Shown here: positions 10,514 through 18,803 of the stretch, one piece after another
Layout: each line of letters begins with the position of its first letter
How positions within the stretch are numbered: position 1 is the stretch's first letter
Assembly (NCBI RefSeq): GCF_964030745.1
Contig: NZ_OZ034918.1
Location: 1,020,001-1,052,000, forward strand
DNA: 32,000 bases
Direction: 5' to 3'
Origin: Candidatus Saccharimonadota bacterium
Lineage (GTDB): Bacteria > Bacteroidota > Bacteroidia > Cytophagales > Amoebophilaceae
The notes under the pieces: model-generated
The model's database searches: none
What the model was told of the DNA's origin: nothing
The model's input: only the letters and a program-made list of their open reading frames with translations
Translations under genes and position numbers: made by a program

Positions 10514-11851
10514 TTAGTTTAGCTGGCCTACCATTTCTTTGAGGTTGCTCATTAGGGTGATTTTTATATCAAAGGATTGGGCAAGTTGTTGGGGATGGGG
10601 CGCTATAAATACCTCTTTAAACCCTAGTTTTGCTGCTTCTGCTATTCTATATTCCATTCTTTGTACGTTCCTAAGCTCACCGCCTAGCCCGATTTCTGCT
10701 ATAAAACATTTCAGGTTTGAGAGCACCTTGTCTTTTAAAGCGCTTACAACTGCCATACAGATGGCTAAATCTAGTGCAGTATCATCTACCCTAAGCCCTC
10801 CTGTAATATTTAAAAATACATCCCGGTCATGCAGACGCAAGCCTGTGCGCTTTTCTAATACAGCCAGCAACATGTTGAGGCGTCTAGGATCATAACCTGT
10901 AGCATTGCGTTGAGGATGGCCATATCTGGTCGCTGTTACCAATGCTTGAATTTCAACCATTAGGGGTCTGGTTCCCTCTAAACAGGAACCAATTGCTATG
11001 CCACTTAAAGCATAGTCTTGCCCAGAAAGCAGTATAGAAGAGGGGTTTTTTACACCATGGAGGCCACTGACTTTCATCTCATATATGCCTAATTCTGATG
11101 TAGGACCAAACCTGTTTTTTATTGTCCGAACCATTCGGTATAAACATGGTTTATCTCCCTCAAATTGCAATACCGTATCTACCATGTGTTCCAATAGTTT
11201 AGGGCCTGCTAAAGCTCCATCCTTATTGATATGGCCTATTAAAAATATAGCCACGCCCGAACTTTTGGCGTAATGCAACAATCGTGTGGTACAAGCTTTA
11301 ATCTGGTTGATGCTACCTATTCCACCTTCCTCTTCCTCAGCATATAGGGTTTGAATGGAGTCTATAACCAATAAAGTGGGCTCCAAATCATTTGCATGGT
11401 TGAGGATCTGTACCAGTGCACATTCCTGTACTAGAAAGCAATTGGTTGAGGATAACCCTAGACGAGAAGCACGTATTTTAATTTGACTTTCTGTTTCTTC
11501 TCCAGATACATATAATACTTTAGCCTCTTTTAACTGTAGCGCTATTTGGAGCAAAAGCGTTGATTTGCCAATGCCAGGTTCACCGCCTAATAGCACCAAC
11601 GAACCGGGCACAATGCCTCCACCCAGCACCCTATTGAATTCGGCATCTTCAGATAGCAGTCGTTTATTAGTAGTCGGTTGAATCTCATCTAATCTTTTAG
11701 GTTGGTTGGCAGCTGGCTGATTTTCCATTATACCCCGTTTAGTGCTGCTTTTTGTAGTAAATAGGGTTAGCCGATTCCATTCCTTGCATCCGTCACACTT
11801 TCCTTGCCATTTAACATATTCAAGCCCACAGTTTGTACAGACATATGCCAT
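10514..11851 (-). CDS. radA: DNA repair protein RadA/Sms
   Basis: 445 aa. Zn ribbon CTNCGLEYVKWQGKCDGCKEW, Walker A GEPGIGKST, IKNRFGPT motif and a Lon-protease-like C-terminal domain. Confidence 0.95.
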   Translation of the reverse strand: MAYVCTNCGLEYVKWQGKCDGCKEWNRLTLFTTKSSTKRGIMENQPAANQPKRLDEIQPTTNKRLLSEDAEFNRVLGGGIVPGSLVLLGGEPGIGKSTLLLQIALQLKEAKVLYVSGEETESQIKIRASRLGLSSTNCFLVQECALVQILNHANDLEPTLLVIDSIQTLYAEEEEGGIGSINQIKACTTRLLHYAKSSGVAIFLIGHINKDGALAGPKLLEHMVDTVLQFEGDKPCLYRMVRTIKNRFGPTSELGIYEMKVSGLHGVKNPSSILLSGQDYALSGIAIGSCLEGTRPLMVEIQALVTATRYGHPQRNATGYDPRRLNMLLAVLEKRTGLRLHDRDVFLNITGGLRVDDTALDLAICMAVVSALKDKVLSNLKCFIAEIGLGGELRNVQRMEYRIAEAAKLGFKEVFIAPHPQQLAQSFDIKITLMSNLKEMVGQLN

Positions 11852-11955
11852 ATAATAAATGTTGTTTAGATTTTTAGGTATTTATGATGTGTTAGGGGCG
11901 CTATTGTATAACTTTTTCCCAACTGCATGCACTATATTTGGGTCTATCCATAAAA

Positions 11956-12753
11956 GTAATGTTTATAGATCATATTCCCATGGATGATGCATTCGACCCA
12001 TTCACCAGTTCTATTCAGCCTAATCCACTATTTGACAGGGCTTCATTTTACTATAAAAGCTGCTCTTCTACCAATGACATGGCTCAAAAACAGCTGCTAC
12101 ATGCAGCAGAAGGAACCCTTTTTATTGCAGAACATCAGTATAAGGGGCGAGGACAACGGGGCAACAGTTGGACATCTGAAGCGGGCAAAAATCTTCTTTT
12201 TTCGTTTATCCTATATCCAGAATGGTTAACAGTAGATGCAGTGTTTGCCTTGAACATTATTACTAGTTTAACCATTTATGATATAGTAGTAGCCTATTTG
12301 CCCAAGGAACTTTCTATAAAATGGCCCAATGATATCTATTATGCAGATCAGAAACTGGGTGGTATATTGATTGAAACCCAAATAGGAGCGTGCCATACCA
12401 TAAAGGCAGCGGTAATCGGTGTTGGTTTAAACGTCAATCAGCTCCATTTTGAATCTTCAACATGCACTTCTTTAGCCATACAAAGGGGAGCTTCCTTGAA
12501 TAGACCACTGCTGCTTGCTCATATCATGGATGCTTTTGGTGGCTATTATGCGCAGTTGCAAAATAGTCTAAACTTGCTTTGGAAAAAGTATACCGATGTA
12601 CTCTACCGCAACAGAGGATTTCACACCTTTGCAACCATACATGGCCCATTAGAAGCGCGTATTGTAACCGTGAATAGGCTAGGGGAGTTGGTGATAGCGA
12701 CCCGCAATGGTAGACAGTATTGCTACAAAGCTAAAGAGATTGCTTTTGTATAG
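11956..12753 (+). CDS. birA: biotin--[acetyl-CoA-carboxylase] ligase (class I, no HTH)
   Basis: GRGQRGNSWTSEAGKNLLFS biotin-binding loop and KWPNDIYYADQKLGGILIE. The ATG at 11956 is preferred over the listed TTG at 11938, but the start is uncertain. Confidence 0.85.
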   Translation, partial: VMFIDHIPMDDAFDPFTSSIQPNPLFDRASFYYKSCSSTNDMAQKQLLHAAEGTLFIAEHQYKGRGQRGNSWTSEAGKNLLFSFILYPEWLTVDAVFALNIITSLTIYDIVVAYLPKELSIKWPNDIYYADQKLGGILIETQIGACHTIKAAVIGVGLNVNQLHFESSTCTSLAIQRGASLNRPLLLAHIMDAFGGYYAQLQNSLNLLWKKYTDVLYRNRGFHTFATIHGPLEARIVTVNRLGELVIATRNGRQYCYKAKEIAFV

Positions 12754-12977
12754 TACAGTCTGGAGGTAAGGGCATAGGTGTTATAGGTCGTTTGTAGTTT
12801 CCTTAAGGCTATCTACTACTGCATGTAGAAGTAAAATTTGTTTTATACTAGATAAAGTTTTAAACTTGGAAAATTTGTTTGTTGCGTTAGTAGGTGCCTT
12901 ACCTATTTTACTTTGGATAATAGTCGCTACTATAGGGTCTATTTATGTTGCGTCATTTATTATAATTGAGACTAAAA

Positions 12978-14129
12978 ATGGATAATTACACGATATTTAC
13001 TTCTGAGTCTGTATCTGAAGGACATCCTGACAAGATGGCGGACCAAATTTCTGACGCGATTCTCGATGCGATTTTAGCACAAGATAAATATGCACGTGTT
13101 GCATGTGAAACACTTGTTAAAACCGGAATGGTATTAGTTGCTGGTGAAGTGACGACAGAGGCGTGGGTTGATATAGAGCAAATTGTTAGAGAAACGGTGA
13201 AAGAAATTGGTTACAACAGCTCTTCTATAGGTTTTGATTGGGAATCTTGTGCTGTTATATTAGCGATTGGTAAGCAATCATCTGATATTGCACAAGGCGT
13301 AGATAAGTTAGATAAAGCGGAGCAAGGTGCGGGTGATCAAGGTATGATGTTCGGGTATGCGAGTAATGAGACGGATGTACTAATGCCAGCACCTATCACC
13401 TATGCGCATAGGCTTATGGAGCGACAGGCAGCGCTGCGAAAAAATAAGATTGTAGATTGGTTGCGGCCTGATGCAAAAAGCCAAGTGACACTGCGTTATA
13501 GAGATGGGAAGCCTATTGCAGCTGAAACCATTGTGGTTTCTACGCAGCATGCGCCTGAGATTTCCTATGCTAAATTAAAAGAGGCTATTGTTGAAGAAAT
13601 TATAAAACCTGTATTTCCAGTGGAATGGTTAACGAAAACGACTTTCCATATCAATCCAACTGGACGTTTTGTTATTGGCGGACCGCTAGGAGACACAGGG
13701 TTGACTGGGCGTAAAGTTATTGTGGACACTTATGGCGGCATGGCTAGACATGGCGGTGGCTGTTTCTCGGGTAAGGATCCCAGTAAAGTGGATCGTTCTG
13801 CAGCGTATGCGGCACGTTATGTTGCAAAAAATATCGTTGCCGCAGGTTTAGCCGATCGTTGTGAATTGCAAATTTCCTATGCGATTGGTGTTGTGCAACC
13901 GACATCTATTACCATTAATACATTTGGCACAGGTAAACTGTCGAATGAGCGCATTATTGAACTGATTCATCAACATTTTGATTTGAGACCGTATGGACTT
14001 ATTGAAATGCTTAATTTACTAAGACCTATTTATAAACTAACGGCAGCCTATGGTCATTTTGGACGTGAGCAGGGAGATTTTCCTTGGGAAACAACAGACA
14101 AAATAGAACTATTACGCTCAGCCCTTTAA
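12978..14129 (+). CDS. metK: S-adenosylmethionine synthetase (proteobacterial-looking)
   Basis: 383 aa from the ATG at 12978 ([11 protein letters not shown]...). [65 protein letters not shown] and [19 protein letters not shown] are present. It is near-colinear with E. coli MetK as I remember it. Confidence 0.95.
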   Translation: MDNYTIFTSESVSEGHPDKMADQISDAILDAILAQDKYARVACETLVKTGMVLVAGEVTTEAWVDIEQIVRETVKEIGYNSSSIGFDWESCAVILAIGKQSSDIAQGVDKLDKAEQGAGDQGMMFGYASNETDVLMPAPITYAHRLMERQAALRKNKIVDWLRPDAKSQVTLRYRDGKPIAAETIVVSTQHAPEISYAKLKEAIVEEIIKPVFPVEWLTKTTFHINPTGRFVIGGPLGDTGLTGRKVIVDTYGGMARHGGGCFSGKDPSKVDRSAAYAARYVAKNIVAAGLADRCELQISYAIGVVQPTSITINTFGTGKLSNERIIELIHQHFDLRPYGLIEMLNLLRPIYKLTAAYGHFGREQGDFPWETTDKIELLRSAL

Positions 14130-14157
14130 AACAAGGTGTTTGCATATGAAAAACAGG

Positions 14158-14598
14158 TTGTTTAAAAACTTCCGCTTTACTGAAGCGTCGCATTCCTTTA
14201 TCGGCGGCCACAATAGCTTTTCTTATCATTGTCAGCCCCGCGTCTCCTTCGATAAAAAATGGCGCTCTAGTAGACCTCTTGTAAAACCTACTTTGTGATG
14301 AGCAATTTTTAGGAGAAGTGTAGTCGAGCACCGCAGAATACTTAATGTATTTGAGGAGCATAGACAAGCTTCGACACCAAAATTTCCATTAGAAATAGGT
14401 TTTGCAAGAGGTCTAGTAAAACACTAACAGGTGAGCGATATATTTTTAGCGGATTAGAAAATCGTCTGTTTGAAGCCCGCTTGCGGGCTGAGTTTACGAT
14501 TTTCCCGCTAAAAAACATATCGATTCATCTATTTACTATCGGGCCAGACTTTTTATCGAAGGAGATAAGGGGACCCAACCACAGGCGTGAATAGGTAC
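14158..14598. mobile_element. 5'-truncated MITE-like element, copy E4 (one arm of module B, module A with nested N)
   Basis: Homologous to E1/E2. The right terminus CGTGAATAGGTAC ends at 14598. No GTATC left terminus is present, and homology fades about 30 bp after the metK stop codon. The left boundary is approximate. Confidence 0.7.
14273..14413. mobile_element. 141-bp nested MITE (N) inside E4
   Basis: Same TIRs and same TAGTA flanks as the 10129-10269 copy. Confidence 0.8.
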
Positions 14599-14663
14599 CG
14601 TGAAGATTTGAGCACCGGGGTCGATCTGCAAATTACCAGCAGAAGTAGAGTTGCCAGAGCAGT

Positions 14664-15338
14664 CTATCGGCTATTGGTGCCTAGCAATCCCTCTAAAGTA
14701 TAAGCATTATCCAAACAATAACTACCTATTTGAGTGCGGCATAAGCCATGGAGGTACCCCCCAACACCTAATTTTTCTCCCAAGTCATAGGCAAGCCGCC
14801 GAATATAGGTTCCCTTGCTACAAACTACCTTAAAAGTGATGGAGGGTAGTGCTATTGACATAATCGAAAAATCGTGAATTGTAATCGAGCGCGGCTGAAG
14901 CCTAGCTTCTTCTCCTTTCCTAGCCATTTTATATGCCCTTTTTCCATCCACTTTAACCGCTGAATAGATAGGGGGTATTTGCATCAGAGGTCCTACAAAG
15001 GTAGCTGCAGCAGCCTTTACCATCTCTTCAGTGATGTGCTCATAGCTAGATAGACTATTAAAAGGTGTTTCTAAATCCATAGACGGCGTTGTCTTGCCAA
15101 TTACAATTTGACCCGTATAGACCTTATCCAATGCCTGCAAGCTACTGATTTTTTTAGTTTCCCGGCCGCTGCATAGCAAAAGCAATCCTGTAGCCAGAGG
15201 ATCTAAGGTGCCCGCATGGCCTATTTTTTTTATTTGTAAGCCATAGCGAACCTTTTTGACCACATCAAAGGAAGTCCAACCCAAAGGCTTGTTTACCATG
15301 AAAATGGCTTCAGAAAAGTCACCTTGTGGTCCATGCAT
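14664..15338 (-). CDS. truB: tRNA pseudouridine(55) synthase
   Basis: 224 aa. KPLGWTSFDVV and GHAGTLDPLATGLLLLC (catalytic Asp motif). Confidence 0.9.
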   Translation of the reverse strand: MHGPQGDFSEAIFMVNKPLGWTSFDVVKKVRYGLQIKKIGHAGTLDPLATGLLLLCSGRETKKISSLQALDKVYTGQIVIGKTTPSMDLETPFNSLSSYEHITEEMVKAAAATFVGPLMQIPPIYSAVKVDGKRAYKMARKGEEARLQPRSITIHDFSIMSIALPSITFKVVCSKGTYIRRLAYDLGEKLGVGGYLHGLCRTQIGSYCLDNAYTLEGLLGTNSR

Positions 15339-15373
15339 ATTGTTAAAAAATCTATATTATTAGCATAGTAAAA

Positions 15374-15901
15374 ATGTATAACCATACATTGGCTCAATTT
15401 ACCTATTTTAAATTAAAAATGAGAACAGTTCTATTTGAAGAAGGCATGTTTGCATTTGATCCATTGTTCATAGACCATTTTAGCCCTACCAACGCAATAG
15501 CCACATGCTACATGGTATGTAATGAAAAAGTCTTGTTATTGAAAAGAGAGGATGGCGCAATTTTAGGCAATAGGTGGTGCATGGCTGGTGGAAAATTAGA
15601 AAAAAACGAAACGCCACTCCAAGCGGTCATAAGAGAGGTCGCAGAAGAAGTAGGTATTATACTCCTTCCAGAGCAGGTTGCTTTTATTCAAACCATCTAT
15701 ATAAGGATCTTTGCATCAAAACAGGATTATATACTGCATCTATTCAAGGCAGTTTTCTCTGGATCAGAACCATCTGACTATAAAGTTACCCTAAATCAGG
15801 AACATACTGATTACCTATGGGTTGATCTACAAGCAGCAAAGCAACTCAACCTAATACCAGGTGGTTATGAAGTATTGGAATACATGCAGCACCACCATTA
15901 G
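15374..15901 (+). CDS. NUDIX hydrolase
   Basis: Nudix box GGKLEKNETPLQAVIREVAEEVGI (GX5EX7REUXEEXGU). The start may be the ATG at 15419. Confidence 0.8.
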   Translation: MYNHTLAQFTYFKLKMRTVLFEEGMFAFDPLFIDHFSPTNAIATCYMVCNEKVLLLKREDGAILGNRWCMAGGKLEKNETPLQAVIREVAEEVGIILLPEQVAFIQTIYIRIFASKQDYILHLFKAVFSGSEPSDYKVTLNQEHTDYLWVDLQAAKQLNLIPGGYEVLEYMQHHH

Positions 15902-15902
15902 G

Positions 15903-15985
15903 TTATCTATTCACACCTGTGGCTGGTCCCCATATCTCCTTCGATAAAAAGTCTGGTCCGATAGTAATCAATCAACTGAATGATG
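15903..15985. repeat. solo terminal arm (~80 bp) of the MITE family
   Basis: TTATCTATTCACACCTGTGGCTGGTCCCCATATCTCCTTCGATAAAAAGTCTGGTCCGATAGTAA aligns with the first ~70 nt of E1 (3107-). The rest of the element is absent. Confidence 0.65.
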
Positions 15986-16275
15986 AAGGATATACTGCGT
16001 TGCATTTGGCAGCGCAATATGGTTTTACAACCATAATAAATATGTTACGAAGTGCCAAAGGCATTTTAGTCAATTTGAAAAATAATAATGGTAATACCCC
16101 GCTTCATATGACAGCAGCCTTTAATGCGCTTACAAACGTAGTGGAAGCATTAATGAAATTCCCAGGGATTTTACACAATGAGAAAAATAAAGACGGCGAC
16201 ACACCACGTGATCTAGCAAACGATCAATATCATGAAGAAGTAGTCGAGTGGCTTGATAATTATAATAAAATATAA
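15919..16275 (+). CDS. ankyrin-repeat protein (short, probably a remnant; GTG start inside the MITE arm)
   Basis: ANK repeats DEGYTALHLAAQYG, NGNTPLHMTAAFNA and DGDTPRDLA. The first ~20 codons (MAGPHISFDKKSGPIVINQL) are encoded by MITE-arm sequence. Confidence 0.65.
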   Translation: MAGPHISFDKKSGPIVINQLNDEGYTALHLAAQYGFTTIINMLRSAKGILVNLKNNNGNTPLHMTAAFNALTNVVEALMKFPGILHNEKNKDGDTPRDLANDQYHEEVVEWLDNYNKI

Positions 16276-16313
16276 AAGCACTGTTTATAGCTGCAGGGCA
16301 GTTCTTTAGCCCA

Positions 16314-16949
16314 TGTGAAGTTTCAACAGAAACGCTACAACAAGTGATTTATAAAAATATAAAATTATATGTAGTAGTTGATGTGACAAAGGTGGGTAAT
16401 CAGTGCTATCAGTTTACTGCTGTATATGATTGTACAAGACTTAGAGTGTTAAGGCTATATCCTAATAAAACCGCTAAAAATTCAGTTTTATTTTTGCATG
16501 AAATCTTAGGGCATTTTCCTTTCCCGATTCAGCGTGTTCAATCTGACTGGGGAACTGAATTTTTTAATGCTTCCTTTCAAGAAGAGTTAATGGTTCACTT
16601 TATAAAGTTCAGACCCATTAAACCTAGCAGTCCGCACCTAAACGGAAAGGTAGAAAGATCACAACAAACCGATAAAGTAGAGTTTTATAATTTGCTAAAT
16701 CTTAAAGATGCTGCGATTAACTTACCAAAACTTCTTGCAGAATGGGAATATTTTTACAATCATAAACGGCCGCACTCCGCGTTAGGAGGCAAAACTCCTT
16801 GGGAAAAATTTAAAGAACTAGAACCAAAAACATCTATTCAACCAGATGTCACTCAAATGTACTGGGATAGTAATGAGCATATTTTACCAAGGTCTAGCAA
16901 ATACCTAAAATGGAAAAGAAAAATGTCTCACTTCTGTTGAAACTTCACA
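16314..16949. mobile_element. IS481-like element, internal-deletion derivative (636 bp)
   Basis: 18-bp perfect inverted repeats TGTGAAGTTTCAACAGAA (16314-16331) and TTCTGTTGAAACTTCACA (16932-16949) enclose only the catalytic core of an rve-type transposase. No clear TSD. Confidence 0.7.
16344..16940 (+). pseudogene. N-terminally truncated DDE (rve) transposase, IS481-like
   Basis: Integrase core strings VVDVTKVG, SDWGTEFF, HLNGKVERSQQT and YNHKRPHSALGGKTPWEKF. The HTH/N-terminal ~100+ aa are missing and the ORF opens with GTG 12 nt after the left IR. Confidence 0.7.
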
Positions 16950-17047
16950 ACGATATACCGATCTAAAAATTCATACATCTAAATTTTACCCTATATTCGT
17001 CTTGGTATAGTTTGTTTTATAACAAATGATCAATATAATGATATAAA

Positions 17048-18718
17048 ATGATGCGTAAGATAGATGCACTACCGATTGGCTACTCAGATGTTAAATCAGT
17101 GATTGAAACAGGTTATTATGTAGATAAAACCAGGTATGCACAAGATTTAATAGAAAAAAGAAATCCTATCTTCATAGCCCGGCCTAGGCGATTTGGCAAG
17201 TCTCTATTTATCAATACACTAGCTACCATATGCAATGGAGAAGAAGCAGTATTTAAAGATTATCATATAGGTAAGCCAAAAAACGGATATGAGTGGAAGA
17301 AATATCCTATTATTAGGCTGGACCTATCTAGGTTGACCAACGACACACCAGAGGAATTAAAAACCTCCATCAAAGGCGCCCTAAAAAAAATAGCATTACT
17401 ATATGCACTAGAAATAGAGGACCATACTATAAAAGACACTTTAGAGAATTTAGTCTTGCAGTTGGTTAATTTAACCCGCACTAGTTCCAATAAAGAGATC
17501 AGATCATCTAATTATGCCTCCAAAATAGTAGTATTAATAGACGAGTATGATGCCCCTATTGTTCATCTAACCAAAGGCTCCGATCTAGAGCAATCCAATA
17601 TTAAAGTCATGAAAGATTTCTTTATGACTTTGAAGTCACTAAATGACTACTTTCAACTCACTTTTATCACTGGCGTAAGCAAATTCAGTTTATCTGATGT
17701 ATTTTCAGGTGCCAATCATTTAGACGATATTACTATTTCCAAAGATGCTGATGCCATGTTTGGCTATACGCAAGAAGAAATATTATCCACTTTTTCAGAT
17801 AATATAGATACTATTGGTTTACAATGGAGTAAAGAAGAGGGTAGACAAGTAACAGATCTAGAAGTTATGAACCGCATAGCAACCTATTACAATGGATATA
17901 GATTTCATAAGGATGGCGTATCTGTTTATAATCCTTGGTCTACTTTAAAATTTCTTAAGCATGGCGAACTAGCCAACTACTGGTACGAGTCAGGCAGTCC
18001 AAGCTTACTCATTAATCAGATGCTAACAGATCCTGATAGGTTTGATATTAATATGGAAAGCCTCCAAATAGAGGCCGCTAGAGAAGACTTAATGTACACA
18101 GAAAGTAGAAATGAGATTAGTTTAAAGTCTCTGATGTTTCAAACAGGATATCTAACCATTGACCGTTATGATGAATCTACTGGTCTATATACATTAAAGT
18201 TCCCTAATAGAGAAATAGAAGCATCTTTTCAGAAAAGTATACAATCTAGCTTAGAAAAAAGCGTCAAAGATTACTTTATACACGAGCGCGATACCATCAG
18301 ACAAGCATTATCTGATAAAAAAGTTGAAACTTTTATAGATCACATCAATACAGTTTTTGCCACACTTCCTTATTACCTGGATACCAAACAAGAAAAACAA
18401 TACCATAGCAATTTACATATGTTGCTGCAAGGATTAGGCTTTCTAGGTGGTAGGAAAATGCATATGTATAGTGAATCCGCTTCTAGCCAAGGCAGATCAG
18501 ATATTGTGCTAGAATTAGGAACAGCCATATATATCATAGAGCTTAAGTATAAATCCACTGGTCAAATAGCCTTAGACCAAATCAAATCAAACGGGTATTA
18601 TAAGCCTTACTTACTTAGACAAAAAGCCCTTATACTTTTAGGTCTTAACTTTAATGAGGAAACCAGAATGATAGATAACTGGGCGTATGAAATAGTAAAC
18701 AAAGAAACTTCAGCCTAG
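17048..18718 (+). CDS. AAA-ATPase-like / PD-(D/E)XK nuclease family protein
   Basis: 556 aa. N-terminal FIARPRRFGKSLFINTL (P-loop of the 'predicted AAA-ATPase' family), VVLIDEYD (Walker B-like), and C-terminal GRSDIVLE...IYIIELKYK (D...E.K nuclease motif). Confidence 0.8.
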   Translation: MMRKIDALPIGYSDVKSVIETGYYVDKTRYAQDLIEKRNPIFIARPRRFGKSLFINTLATICNGEEAVFKDYHIGKPKNGYEWKKYPIIRLDLSRLTNDTPEELKTSIKGALKKIALLYALEIEDHTIKDTLENLVLQLVNLTRTSSNKEIRSSNYASKIVVLIDEYDAPIVHLTKGSDLEQSNIKVMKDFFMTLKSLNDYFQLTFITGVSKFSLSDVFSGANHLDDITISKDADAMFGYTQEEILSTFSDNIDTIGLQWSKEEGRQVTDLEVMNRIATYYNGYRFHKDGVSVYNPWSTLKFLKHGELANYWYESGSPSLLINQMLTDPDRFDINMESLQIEAAREDLMYTESRNEISLKSLMFQTGYLTIDRYDESTGLYTLKFPNREIEASFQKSIQSSLEKSVKDYFIHERDTIRQALSDKKVETFIDHINTVFATLPYYLDTKQEKQYHSNLHMLLQGLGFLGGRKMHMYSESASSQGRSDIVLELGTAIYIIELKYKSTGQIALDQIKSNGYYKPYLLRQKALILLGLNFNEETRMIDNWAYEIVNKETSA

Positions 18719-18803
18719 TAGTAATCTAAAATATTAGCTGATTATAAGTATAAAAAACAAAAACTATTTTACACAATCTTCTAGAAAGATCCGAGAGAAA
18801 TCC

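Noticed and set aside
12754-12977. Possible SAM riboswitch in the 224-bp leader of metK.
   Set aside because: I could not find the conserved SAM-I/SAM-II core strings or a convincing multi-stem fold. There is only a weak distant complementarity (AGGTAAGG near 12766 and CCTTACCT near 12898).
12978-14129. Base composition as evidence that metK is foreign.
   Set aside because: Hand counts of a few 60-nt lines gave roughly 35-53% GC for metK and about 42-45% for gyrB. The difference is too small and too noisy to support horizontal transfer, so the argument rests only on protein similarity and the truncated MITE junction.
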